Source: an uncultured delta proteobacterium (lineage in GTDB: Bacteria > Myxococcota > Myxococcia > Myxococcales > Myxococcaceae). From it: 64,000 nucleotides of DNA. The DNA is taken from NCBI GenBank assembly GCA_963771175.1, contig CAVYSY010000011.1, positions 96,001 through 160,000 of the forward strand, in the 5' to 3' direction. Within the stretch, counting starts at the first letter, position 1. The number at the start of each line of letters is the position of its first letter. The notes beneath the pieces were generated by a model. The model was given only the letters and a program-made list of their open reading frames with translations. It had not been told where the DNA came from and made no database searches. Shown here piece after piece: positions 15,359 through 25,130 of this stretch. Both the position numbers and the translations under genes were made by a program.

Positions 15359-15383
15359 GGGGGCGCCGGGGTGCTTCGGGGCT

Positions 15384-16043
15384 TCAGCGGTGGCACGTGG
15401 TGCAGCTCGTGCGCGAGTGGACGTCGTACTGTGGCCGACGCGAGCGTCTCGGCCGCCTCGGGGTCCTCGGGCGGCTGCCAGGTCATGCAGGTGATGACCT
15501 CGGCCGGACGCAGGTTCGGCTCCGGGTTGCGGTGGCAGTCCAGGCACCACTGCATGGTGAGCGGCGCGGTCTGCTCCACCGCGCGCCATCTGGTCCACGC
15601 GACCGTGGCAGGTGACGCAGCCGACGCCCTTGTTCACGTGGATGGAGTGGTTGAAGTAGACGAAGTCCGGCAGGTTGTGCACGCGGACCCAGGGAATGGG
15701 CTGGTCGGTGAAGAAGGCTTGCCGCACCAGCGTTAGGTACGGGCTCTTGTTCCACACCTGCGCGTGGCAGCTGACATGCACATGGTGGTGGATGGGATGC
15801 CGGCCGACGGGGAGTTCTCCACCGACCAGTGGCAGTAGCGGCAGTCGATCTGCTCGTCACCGGCGTGGTGGCGGTGATCGAACTGGATGGGCTGCTCGAC
15901 GGGGCGGAACTGATCGGTGACGAAGGGGCGAACGCACGTACGCCATCAGGCCGCCGATGGCGATGGCGGGGATCGCGAGAAGGGCCGCGGCAGACAGCCC
16001 GCGACACCGTGTTCGTCCAGCGTGGGAAGAGAGGACCGCTCAT
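15384..16043 (-). CDS. actA: Alternative complex III pentaheme cytochrome c ActA; frameshifted
   Basis: Five CxxCH motifs across frames (CRYCH, C..CH, CVTCH, CLDCH, CTTCHR-stop); PIPWVRVHNLPDFVYFNHSIH. Confidence 0.9.
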
Positions 16044-16170
16044 ACCAGGACCAGGGGGTAGTCAGTGGGCTCCGGAGGACGAAACCGGGAGGACGGTTCG
16101 GCCGGACCGGAGACGGCACAGGGAAACTGGAACAAGAAGCTCATACACGGCGTTGCTGAGGCAGCGACGA

Positions 16171-16188
16171 CTCCTGCCCTGGCAGGAG
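16171..16188. promoter_or_regulatory. Perfect inverted repeat upstream of the act operon (candidate operator)
   Basis: CTCCTGCC-CT-GGCAGGAG, about 130 bp upstream of the actA start. Confidence 0.3.
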
Positions 16189-16541
16189 ACATGCGGACAC
16201 GCCCGACCCCAACCGACTGAGAGTTGCCGTGGGCGGGGTCCCTCCTCATCCCGTCCCAACGCGGCGCGGGACCATCGAGCATCATTATCCAGGTGTCAAC
16301 CTTTCTGTGTCCGCGCGCGGCGAGATACCACGACCCGATGCGTTGTGGCGCGGGTGAAATTGTATCCGGATGATGTTCTCTTCTGGCAGGCGGTAGGGGG
16401 GATGAACCCGGCGGGGCTCAGGCGTCGTCCGGATCGCGCCAGTGCTCGCGGCGGCGCTTGGAGGCACTCACACCTGTTCAAATAGGAGGGCTCTCGTGCC
16501 ATGGGGGGGGGGCCGGGTGGAGACGTGCGAGGATGGGCCCC

Positions 16542-17345
16542 ATGAAGGGAAAGACGGTGGTCATTACTGGGGCCTCCTCGGGAATTGGCGAGGAGCTGGC
16601 GGTGGCGCTCGCGGCACGCGGGGCCCACGTGGTGCTCGCGGCGCGGGGCGAGGAGTTGCTGGCCCGGGTGAAGCAGCGGTGTGAGCAGGCCGGAGGCCGC
16701 GCGCTCGTGGTCCCCACGGACGTGAGCGACCCCGAGGCCTGCCGGAGAATGGTGGAGCGCTCCGTCGCGGAGTTCGGCGGCATCGATGCCCTCGTGAACA
16801 ACGCGGGACTGACGATGCGGGCCTGTTTCGAGGACGTGACGGACCTGTCCATCTTCGAGCGCCTCATGCGGGTGAACTACCTGGGCGCGGTCTACTGCAC
16901 GCACCATGCGCTCCCGTACCTGAAGTCGCGCCGGGGGCTCGTCGTCGCCGTCTCCTCCTTGACGGGGAAGAGTGGTGTGCCGGGCCGCAGCGGCTATGCC
17001 GCGACCAAGCACGCCATGCAGGGGTTCTTCGACTCGCTGCGCATCGAACTGCTGGGCAAGGGCGTGGACGTGCTCGTCGTGTCGCCCGGGTTCGTCGCCA
17101 CCGACATCCGCGCGCGGGCGGTGGGTGCTGACGGCAGCACGGGCCATGAGGGCATCGCCGAGGAGCAGGGCAACCGGATGATGGATGCGCGCACCTGCGC
17201 GAATCTCATCCTCCGGGCCATGGAGCGCCGCGAGCGCGAGGTGGTGATGATGCCCGCGGCGAAGCTGGTGCTGGCCCTCAAGGCCCTCGCACCGAGCGTG
17301 GTCGACCGCATCGCCTCTCGGATGATGAAGCAGGCGCGGCCCTGA
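16542..17345 (+). CDS. Short-chain dehydrogenase/reductase (SDR)
   Basis: TGASSGIG, NNAG, YAATK. Confidence 0.93.
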   Translation: MKGKTVVITGASSGIGEELAVALAARGAHVVLAARGEELLARVKQRCEQAGGRALVVPTDVSDPEACRRMVERSVAEFGGIDALVNNAGLTMRACFEDVTDLSIFERLMRVNYLGAVYCTHHALPYLKSRRGLVVAVSSLTGKSGVPGRSGYAATKHAMQGFFDSLRIELLGKGVDVLVVSPGFVATDIRARAVGADGSTGHEGIAEEQGNRMMDARTCANLILRAMERREREVVMMPAAKLVLALKALAPSVVDRIASRMMKQARP

Positions 17346-17368
17346 GCACCTGACAGCTCCCGCGTCGC

Positions 17369-17881
17369 TCAGGTCGGTGGGGCCCGGTAGGTGACCCGGG
17401 CAATGGTGTACTCGACGGCGCCGCGCGGGCGCTCGACCTGGACGGTCTCGCCGACCTCCCTGCCGAGGAGCGCCCGTGCCAGGGGCGACTCGACACTGAG
17501 GCGACCCTCCTTCACGTCCGCCTCGTCCGGGCCGACGATGCGGTACGTCGTCTCCGCGCCGTCCTCGTCCTCGAGCGTCACCCACGCGCCGAAATAGACG
17601 CGCCCCTCGTCCGGAGCCTCGGGGGACACCACCTTCACTTCGTCCAGGATGGCCGTCAGTTGCTGTACCCGGCGCGCACGCTCGCGGGCCCGCGCCTCGC
17701 CCTCCATTGCCGTGCCGCCCTCCTCTCGGGGGACGGGTGCCAGGAGCGCCGCGAGCTCCTCCTGCAGGGACCGGTAGCCCTCGGACGTGATGTAGCGCTT
17801 CTCGCCAGACGTCGAGCGGGGACGCGGCGGCAGCAGGGTCTCTTCCCCACCGCCATCCTCTTTCGTGAAGGCCTTCGACAC
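17369..17881 (-). CDS. GreA/GreB-family transcription elongation factor with a shortened coiled coil
   Basis: YITSEG, VYFGAWVTLED, YRIVGPDEAD, SVESPLARALLG. Confidence 0.85.
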   Translation of the reverse strand: MSKAFTKEDGGGEETLLPPRPRSTSGEKRYITSEGYRSLQEELAALLAPVPREEGGTAMEGEARARERARRVQQLTAILDEVKVVSPEAPDEGRVYFGAWVTLEDEDGAETTYRIVGPDEADVKEGRLSVESPLARALLGREVGETVQVERPRGAVEYTIARVTYRAPPT

Positions 17882-18046
17882 GCTGACATTTTAACAGCCA
17901 AGGCGCCTCCGGGGAGGCAACCCAGGCTGTCAGTTCCTGAGACTCTCTCCCACTCTCCTGGCTGCCCTCCGACCCGGGGATCGTGGAGATGCCGGACGCG
18001 GGAAGGATGCCGACGTTTCCCGGAAACGGACCTGGGAGGTGTGGGC

Positions 18047-18701
18047 ATGGCGAGGAAGACGTTGAACGGCATCCGGGTGGGCGTGTTGGCCGCGGACGGT
18101 TTCGAGCAGGTGGAACTCACCCTTCCCATGAAAGCGCTCCGCAGGCGGGGGGCCCAGGTCGACATCATCTCCCCTGCACGAGGGGAAGATCCGCGGGATG
18201 AACTTGATGTGGCCGGGCAAGAAGGTTCCGGTGGACGAGACGGTGGAGCGGGTGCGGCCCATGTCCTTCGACGCGCTCTTCATCCCCGGCGGTTTCGTCA
18301 ACCCTGACGCCCTCCGCCAGAGCGAGGAGGTGCTCGACTTCGTCCGTGAGTTCGAGCGGCTCGGCCGGCCCATCGCCACGCTCTGCCATGGGCCGTGGGT
18401 GCTCGTGTCCGCGGGGCTGGTGAAGGGGCGCAAGCTGGCCTCGTGGCCCGGCATCAAGGACGACGTCCGCAACGCGGGCGGGCAGTGGATGGACGAGCCC
18501 GGCGTGCGCGATGACCTGTGGTTCACCAGCCGTGGTCCGCATGACATGCGCCACTTCCTCAAGGGTATGGTGGAGCTCTTCGCCGAGCACGCCCCGCGCA
18601 ACCACCCGGTGGAGGCGCGCTCGCGCTGGGGCCGCTGGCTGGTCGCCGCCGTGCTGGGCATGGTGGTCATTCGCCCCCTGCGCACCGCCTTCGCGCGGTA
18701 G
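18047..18701 (+). CDS. PfpI/DJ-1 family type 1 glutamine amidotransferase-like protein; frameshift near 18170
   Basis: MARKTLNGIRVGVLAADGFEQVELTLP, then FDALFIPGGFVNPDALR and ATLCHGPW. Confidence 0.85.
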
Positions 18702-18748
18702 CTCTCCAGATTGGCAGGGCACGCCCCGGACGACTACCGTCCGCCCCC

Positions 18749-18907
18749 ATGCTGAAGATGACACGGCGGCGCCTCCTCGCCGCGGGGCTGGGCGGTGGCG
18801 CGCTGCTCCTGGTGGGAAGCGGCCTTCACCAGCGCGAGACGAACATGCTCGCCAAGGTGGACGGTGGGCGCGGGCTGGACATGTTGATTCAGTCCGCCCT
18901 GGGGTGA
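18749..18907 (+). CDS. Small 52-aa ORF with a twin-arginine (Tat) signal-like N-terminus, in frame with the downstream esterase
   Basis: Manual translation MLKMTRRRLLAAGLGGGALLLVGSGLHQRETNMLAKVDGGRGLDMLIQSALG-TGA; GC-ending codons; too short for the ORF track. Confidence 0.45.
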   Translation: MLKMTRRRLLAAGLGGGALLLVGSGLHQRETNMLAKVDGGRGLDMLIQSALG

Positions 18908-18910
18908 GCC

Positions 18911-19960
18911 ATGGACACGAGCACGCTGGAGAAGAGGGTCCTCGCCGAGGGCTCGCCGCTTATCGATGGAGAGGAGGTCACCTTCGTGTGGCGCGGGCGC
19001 AAGCCCGTGTTCGTGACGGGGGACTTCCGGGACTGGTCGGGTGAGCCCGTGCCCCTGCTCGAGGTGGCGCCGGGGTTGTGGACGCACTCCCTGAAGCTGC
19101 CGCGCGACACCTATGTGGAGTACGCGCTCCAGGACGCGAAGGGGGGGCGGGTGAGAGATCCGCTCAACTCGCGCCTCGTCCCCAACGGCTTCGGGGACTT
19201 CAACCACTACTTCCACATGCCCGAGTCTCGGCCCACGCCCCTCGCGTTGCGGCAGCGGGACGTGCCCCGGGGCACCGTCACCCGGCACCTGGTGGAGACG
19301 CAGGAGCTCTGCGTGGGGCGGGAGCGCGCGGTGCACCTCTACGCGCCGCCCACCTCCGAGCCCTGCCCGTTGGTGGTGGTATTCGACGGGCCCGACTACC
19401 AGCGGCGCGCGAAGTTGCCCACCCTGGTGGACAACCTCATCGCCCAGGGTCGCATCCGCCCCCTCGCGCTGGCGATGGTGGCCAACGGCAGCTCCGCGCG
19501 CACCGTCGAGTACTCCTGCAGCGAGGCCACCCTGGCTTTCCTGCTGTACCGGGTGCTGCCGCTCGCCCGCCAGGAGCTGCGCCTCGTGGATGAGAAGCGC
19601 GAGCCCGGCGCTCATGCCGTGCTCGGTGCCTCGCTGGGCGGGTTGATGTCCCTGTACGTGGGGCTGCGCGCGCCCGAGATCTTCGGCAATGTGCTCTCCC
19701 AGTCGGGCGCCTTCAGCCTGTGGAACCACGATTTCGTGGTGTTCGACCTCGCCCGCGCCGCTCCGTCCCGGCCACTCGACGTGTGGATGGACTGCGGCCA
19801 CTTCGAGGCGCTCACCGAGGGCAACCGGCGCATGCTCCCGGTGCTCCAGCAGTCCGGGCACCGGGCCGAGTACCGGGAGTACCACGGCGGCCACAACTAC
19901 TCCGCCTGGCGCGACCACGTGTGGCGCGGCCTGGAGTGGCTCTTCGGTCCCGAGCGCTGA
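18911..19960 (+). CDS. Fes/IroD-like esterase (alpha/beta hydrolase with N-terminal Ig-like domain)
   Basis: VFVTGDFRDW and RDPLN in the N-domain; VFDGPDY, GASLGG, SQSG, GGHN. Confidence 0.85.
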   Translation: MDTSTLEKRVLAEGSPLIDGEEVTFVWRGRKPVFVTGDFRDWSGEPVPLLEVAPGLWTHSLKLPRDTYVEYALQDAKGGRVRDPLNSRLVPNGFGDFNHYFHMPESRPTPLALRQRDVPRGTVTRHLVETQELCVGRERAVHLYAPPTSEPCPLVVVFDGPDYQRRAKLPTLVDNLIAQGRIRPLALAMVANGSSARTVEYSCSEATLAFLLYRVLPLARQELRLVDEKREPGAHAVLGASLGGLMSLYVGLRAPEIFGNVLSQSGAFSLWNHDFVVFDLARAAPSRPLDVWMDCGHFEALTEGNRRMLPVLQQSGHRAEYREYHGGHNYSAWRDHVWRGLEWLFGPER

Positions 19961-20108
19961 CTTCGAGGTGCTCGGATGTCAAGCGAGGGAGGAGTCGCTG
20001 CCCTGGGCCGTGGCCCCCTTTTCCGGCCGCGCCGGACGGGGGATAACGGAGGGCATCCCCCGAGGGCCGGAGTCTCGGCCCGCGAGGGGGCCTGCACAGA
20101 GGAACGTG

Positions 20109-21599
20109 ATGAACGCTCAGGAGCGCAAGGCGGCCTACCGCCAGCGCGCGGAGAAGGGCGAGGCGATCCCCGTCTCGGTCGTGCTCCCCGCAGACCTCGA
20201 CACCCCACTGTCCGTCTACCTCAAGCTCGGTGGTGCGCGCGGCTTCGTCCTCGAGTCCTGCCACGGCGGCGAGCGCTTCGGCCGCTACAGCCACGTCGGC
20301 AGCGCGCCCTCCGGCCGGCTCCGGCTCGACCGCAACGGCGCCACCCTCTGGCGCGGCGACCACTCGCGGCGTCTCGAGGGCAAGCCGCTCGACGTGCTGC
20401 GCTCCGTCTGGCGGGAGCACGCCGTCGCCACGCTCCCCGGCGAGCCTCCCTTCGTGGGCGGGCTGGTGGGCTACCTCGGCTACAACTGCATGTCCTGGTT
20501 CGAGCGCCACGTGCCCGACCGGCACGCCCCGGACATCTCCTTCCCCGACTCCGAGTGGCTGCTGTGCGAGGAGTTCGTCACCCACGACTCGCGCACCCAG
20601 ACGCTGCACGCCACCGCCATCGCCCGGCCGTCCCGCCACGGCAGCGTCGCCCAGGCCCTCGCGGACGCCGAGGCCCGTGCCGAGGCGCTCGTCGACCGCC
20701 TGCTGCGGCCGCTGCCCGTGGACGCCTACGTGCCCCATCCGCCCATGCGCGGCGAGGCGGAGGTCTCGGTGCACTGGGACCGCGCCGGCTACGAGGCCGC
20801 CGTGGAGCGCGTGAAGGAGTACATCCGCGCCGGTGACTGCATGCAGGTGGTGCTCGCCCGTCGCTTCGAGGCGCGTGGGGCGCCACCGCCGCTCTCGCTG
20901 TACCGGGCGCTGCGCCGCGTCAACCCCTCGCCGTACCTCTTCCACATCGAGCTGGGCGAGGCGCGCGCGCTGGTGGGCGCCTCGCCGGAGCTGCTGGTGC
21001 AGGTGCGCGACGGGGACGTCGTGGTGCGCCCCATCGCCGGCACCCGGCGCCGCGGCGCCACCGAGGCCGAGGACCTCGCGCTGGAGAAGGAGCTGCTCGC
21101 CGACGAGAAGGAGCGCGCCGAGCACATGATGCTGGTGGACCTCGGCCGCAACGACGTGGGCCGCGTGGCCGCTCCGGGCACGGTGCGCGTCGAGGACCTG
21201 ATGGTCATCGAGCGCTACAGCCACGTGATGCACATCGTCTCGCAGGTGCGCGGCAAGCTCGACGCGAAGTACGACGCGCTCGACGCGCTCGCCTGCACCT
21301 TCCCCGCGGGCACGGTGTCCGGGGCTCCGAAGATCCGCGCGATGCAGATCATCGACGAGCTGGAGCCGACCCGTCGCGGCCCCTACGCGGGCGCGGTGGG
21401 CTACCTGTCCTTCTGCGGCGCGCTGGACCTCGCCATCGCCCTGCGCACCTTCTTCATCGACGGGGACCGCACGATGTGGAAGGCGGGCGCGGGACTCGTG
21501 GCCGACTCGGTGCCCTCGAAGGAGGCGGATGAGACGGAGGCCAAGGCGCGGGCGCTCGCCATGGCCCTGAAGCAGGCGCGTGAGGGAGGTGTGCGGTGA
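20109..21599 (+). CDS. trpE: Anthranilate synthase component I
   Basis: [65 protein letters not shown] before ATG 20109. Confidence 0.95.
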   Translation: MNAQERKAAYRQRAEKGEAIPVSVVLPADLDTPLSVYLKLGGARGFVLESCHGGERFGRYSHVGSAPSGRLRLDRNGATLWRGDHSRRLEGKPLDVLRSVWREHAVATLPGEPPFVGGLVGYLGYNCMSWFERHVPDRHAPDISFPDSEWLLCEEFVTHDSRTQTLHATAIARPSRHGSVAQALADAEARAEALVDRLLRPLPVDAYVPHPPMRGEAEVSVHWDRAGYEAAVERVKEYIRAGDCMQVVLARRFEARGAPPPLSLYRALRRVNPSPYLFHIELGEARALVGASPELLVQVRDGDVVVRPIAGTRRRGATEAEDLALEKELLADEKERAEHMMLVDLGRNDVGRVAAPGTVRVEDLMVIERYSHVMHIVSQVRGKLDAKYDALDALACTFPAGTVSGAPKIRAMQIIDELEPTRRGPYAGAVGYLSFCGALDLAIALRTFFIDGDRTMWKAGAGLVADSVPSKEADETEAKARALAMALKQAREGGVR

Positions 21600-22158
21600 T
21601 CCTCGTCATCGACAACTACGACTCGTTCACCTTCAACCTCGTGCAGCTCCTCTACACGCTGGGGGCCGAGGTGAAGGTGGCTCGCAACGATGAGATCGAC
21701 GCCGAGGGCGTGGCGCCTCGGGCGCGTCGCACCTGGTGGTGTCGCCGGGGCCGTGCACGCCGCACGAGGCCGGGGTGAGCATGGCGGCCATCCGCGGCGC
21801 GAAGGTGCCGGTGCTGGGCGTGTGCCTGGGCCACCAGTCCATCGGGGCCGTCTTCGGCGGCAAGGTGGTGCGCGCGCCGGAGCCGGTGCACGGCAAGACG
21901 GCCTCCATCCGCCACGAGGGCCGGAGCATCTTCGAGGGCATGCCCCCGGGCTTCCAGGCGGCGCGCTACCACTCGCTGGTGGTGGAGGCGGCCTCGCTGC
22001 CGGCGGAGCTGGAGGCCACGGCGTGGACGGCGGACGGGCTCATCATGGGGCTGCGGCACCGCGAGCGGCCCGTGGTGGGCGTGCAGTTCCACCCCGAGAG
22101 CGTGCTCACTCCCGAGGGCCCCCGGCTGGTGCGCAACTTCCTCGACGGCCGGCTGTAG
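21596..22158 (+). CDS. trpG: Anthranilate synthase component II; frameshift near 21718
   Basis: [17 protein letters not shown], then [27 protein letters not shown]; 4-bp overlap with trpE. Confidence 0.92.
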
Positions 22159-22188
22159 TCAGAGGGGCCTCGCAGTGAGGCCCCTGAC
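22158..22188. terminator. Hairpin between convergent trpG and FBP-domain gene
   Basis: GTCAGAGGGGCCTC-GCAGT-GAGGCCCCTGAC inverted repeat. Confidence 0.55.
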
Positions 22189-22193
22189 GCTGT

Positions 22194-22667
22194 TCAATCC
22201 TCCGGGACGGTCTCGATCTTCAGGGCCTCGCGCGCGAAGCGGAGCATGCGCTCCATCAGCGGCTGCATGAGCTCCCGCGGGTGCCGGCCGGACAGGTCCG
22301 CCGCCGTCTCCAGCTTCTCCTTGCAGCGCAGGTCGAGGCAGAGGTTGACGCCCACCCGGCGCTTCGAGTTCACATCCGTGGTGAGCATCCCGATCTCGTT
22401 CGTCGGGCCGTAGCTGTGGCACCAGTCGCACATATGGGACGCCACTCCGCCACCGCCCTGCGAGTCGCGGCGGAAGGCGATGCCCATGGGCCGCTTGCCG
22501 CCCGGCGAGGGCATCACCAGGAACACCCGGGTCCCCGCGGGCTCCACCCAGGTGAAGTAGTCGCGCACGAAGAGCGGGAACTTGATGCCCTCGGGCAGCT
22601 CGACTTTCTCGCGGTCCCTCGGGCGGAACGCGTGCAGGAGGTCTTTCTCCGTCTGTACCAGGAACAT
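22194..22667 (-). CDS. FBP (FusB-like) C-terminal treble-clef zinc-finger protein
   Basis: DYFTWVEP, MCDWCHS, VGVNLCLDLRC (CxxC...CxxxxC). Confidence 0.75.
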   Translation of the reverse strand: MFLVQTEKDLLHAFRPRDREKVELPEGIKFPLFVRDYFTWVEPAGTRVFLVMPSPGGKRPMGIAFRRDSQGGGGVASHMCDWCHSYGPTNEIGMLTTDVNSKRRVGVNLCLDLRCKEKLETAADLSGRHPRELMQPLMERMLRFAREALKIETVPED

Positions 22668-22858
22668 GGTCTTCTCCTCGTGCTGCCCTGTCTCCTGCCA
22701 GGGCGCCTGTGCATCCTCTTCATAAGAGCTCGAGCGGATCGGATGCACGCTCTTGGGGAGTACACGAGCGCTCGCAAGCTCGCCGACTGTGACATGACGT
22801 ATGGGTTATGGTTCGGTTCCACGCACCCGGCCGGGGGTGGGGGTCCGGAGTGTCCTTC

Positions 22859-24212
22859 ATGCTTCCTTTTCGCGGTTTCCCGGCGGAAGTGGTCGCCCTC
22901 CTCGCCGTCCTTCTCGGTTCATCCGCACTGGCTCAACAGTCGGCCTCGCTCGGAGTACGAGCGACCGCCAGATGCGATGGCTATCTCGTCACCTGGGCGG
23001 ATGCGGGGGGCACCAGCTCGTGGGGCGCGCTGCTGAATGCGTATGGCTCCCACCAAGCGAGTCGCTCTCTTCCCCTCCGTCCCAACGTGGCACCGACCGC
23101 CAATGGCAAGGGCTTCCTCGTCGTCTCCGAGAGCTCGTCGGGCCAGGCGAAGGCGCTCGCCGCGTTGCCGATGAGCGGCCTGGATCTGTCAGGGCCCAGC
23201 GAGCCCATCGTGGTCCAGCAGTTCGGCAGCTCCCTCTCCGAGTGGGCGGTCGCTGGTGGTTCGCGGGGAGACCTGTTGCTCTACCAGGGCGCCCTTGGGG
23301 AGGAGCCGCCGAGTCTCTACTTCTCGTGGAGGGCTCTCGACGGGACGGTCTCCACCGCGTCCAGTTTCGCTGGCGATTCCAACATCTTTCGCGCTGGGCC
23401 GGCCGCTGCCTTCAACGGCACCGACTTCCTCGTTGTCTGGGAGGAACGGCCCACCTTCGGCGGCACCTGCCAGGTCAAGGGCTCTCGGGCGGACTCACGG
23501 GGACATGCGATGGGTGCATTTGCCCTGGGCACGTGCGGGGGAACCTCCCGTACGTCGGCCGTGGCCTCTGACGGGAAGGACTTCCTGGTGACGTGGCGAG
23601 GAACGGACGGGCTCTACGCCGCTCGCCTTCTCGCGGACGGGACCGTGATGGAGCCGGGTGCGCAACGGCTGACGTCCGGTATGGCGGGCGCGGCACCGGG
23701 TCGCCCCGTGGTGACGTACGAAGGGCCGCACTACCTGGTGGCCTGGAGGGACGAGGCCGACGGCGTGGTGTACGGGACGCGCGTGGATTCCCAGAGCGGC
23801 ACCGTGGACCCGGTCCCCTTCCGACTGGAGGCCAGCACGGAGGCTCCGGCACTGGCCTCGAATGGAAACGGCCGCGTGCTGCTGGTGTATGTCTCGGACG
23901 GCAAGCCCGTGGCCTGCGTGGGTAGTTCCGAGGATTGGGCCGGTGGTCAGGCGAATTCCAGGCTCTGCTCAACCCTCGGGGCCGTCGCGCCCCCCTGAGA
24001 CAAGCAATGGTAACGGCGTGGGGACCGGGATTTGCGTCTACGGTAGGCCCGGGGATGGCGTGGACGCGGGGACCGGGGATGGCAACGACGGGGGGACCGA
24101 GGACGGCACCGGCTGTGGTTGCTCGGCGGCGGGTGCCTCCGCGGGCTCCACCGTCTTCGCGCTCCTCCTCCTGTCGATGGGTGCTCGCCGACGACCATCA
24201 AGGTCAAAATAG
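22859..24212 (+). CDS. Secreted beta-rich protein with a C-terminal MYXO-CTERM sorting signal; frameshift in the C6 run at 23990-23995
   Basis: Signal peptide MLPFRGFPAEVVALLAVLLGSSALA; repeated FLVVW/FLVTW/YLVAW blades; second frame ends GCGCSAAGASAGSTVFALLLLSMGARRRPSRSK. Confidence 0.7.
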
Positions 24213-24271
24213 AGGCATGGGCGCGTGTCGTGGGGCGACGGTGTGGGGCCCCCGGGGGAGGGCCCTGTCCG

Positions 24272-24862
24272 TCAGCCGCGCAGGTGCGTGGTGTCGTTCC
24301 AGAGATGGAGGACGGGCTGGTCCCCGCCGCTGTCGAAGCCGAGCACGCTGATGGAGGCGGTGTTCAGGGCGAAGAGGCGCCCCTCGGTGGGGGGCAGCCC
24401 CAGCCAGCGCGCGGCGAGCACCCGCAGCAGGTGGCCGTGGGCGAAAACGAGCACGTTGCCCTCCACGGAGCGGGCCTCGGCGACGACGCGGTCGGCGCGC
24501 GCGCCCACGTCTCGTGCCGTCTCGCCGCACGGCACGCCGTCCGTCCACAGCGTCCAGTTGGGGCTGGTGGCGCGGATTTCATCCTTCGTCTTGCCCTCGA
24601 AGGTGCCGTAGTCCCACTCCATCAGGTCCGCGCGCAGCTCGGCCACGTCACCGTAGCCGGCCAGGGCGCACGTCTCGCTCGCGCGGCTCAGGGGGCTCGT
24701 CCACACCGCGGCGAAGTCCCAGGCGCTCAGCGGAGTCCGGAGCACCGTGGCCATGCGGCGGCCCTCCTCCAACAACGGGATGTCCGTGCGTCCGGTGTGC
24801 TGGCCGCTGCGGCTCCACGCGGTTTCTCCATGGCGGACGAGGACGAGAGAGCGAGGCTTCAT
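24272..24862 (-). CDS. Histidine phosphatase (phosphoglycerate mutase family, acid-phosphatase-like)
   Basis: LVRHGETAWS, SPLSRA, EWDYG, FAHGHLLR. Confidence 0.9.
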   Translation of the reverse strand: MKPRSLVLVRHGETAWSRSGQHTGRTDIPLLEEGRRMATVLRTPLSAWDFAAVWTSPLSRASETCALAGYGDVAELRADLMEWDYGTFEGKTKDEIRATSPNWTLWTDGVPCGETARDVGARADRVVAEARSVEGNVLVFAHGHLLRVLAARWLGLPPTEGRLFALNTASISVLGFDSGGDQPVLHLWNDTTHLRG

Positions 24863-25023
24863 GGGGTTCCTCTTGGATCCGCGCACTCTGCCACCGGGGG
24901 AGGGCTCGGCGGAACACCCCCTGCCCGGGGTGCCTTACCTGTGGGCCTGGGTGCTCCTCCGCAACACCCCGTCTTACGGAGTGTTTCATGGCCCCCGCGG
25001 CCCTTGGGCTTCGAGGCGATTCG

Positions 25024-25056
25024 TGCGACACAACTGCGACACAACTGCGACACAAC
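25024..25056. repeat. Three perfect tandem copies of 11-bp TGCGACACAAC in a divergent promoter region
   Basis: Read directly: 25024-25034, 25035-25045, 25046-25056. Confidence 0.95.
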
Positions 25057-25130
25057 ATGGTGGAGGCTCGGGGTGCCGGACCCGACCCCCTCTCCCTGTG
25101 AGGGTTTTGCCTTTGGATTTCGACAGAGGG

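Noticed and set aside
16354..16372. GTGAAATTGTATCCG resembling part of the lac operator or vector sequence
   Set aside because: Short and imperfect, with native flanks; a chance match.
25024..25056. Tandem repeats (here and at 48833-48931) as a CRISPR array
   Set aside because: No spacers and no cas genes; the 11-bp unit is too short and the 33-bp unit is protein-coding.
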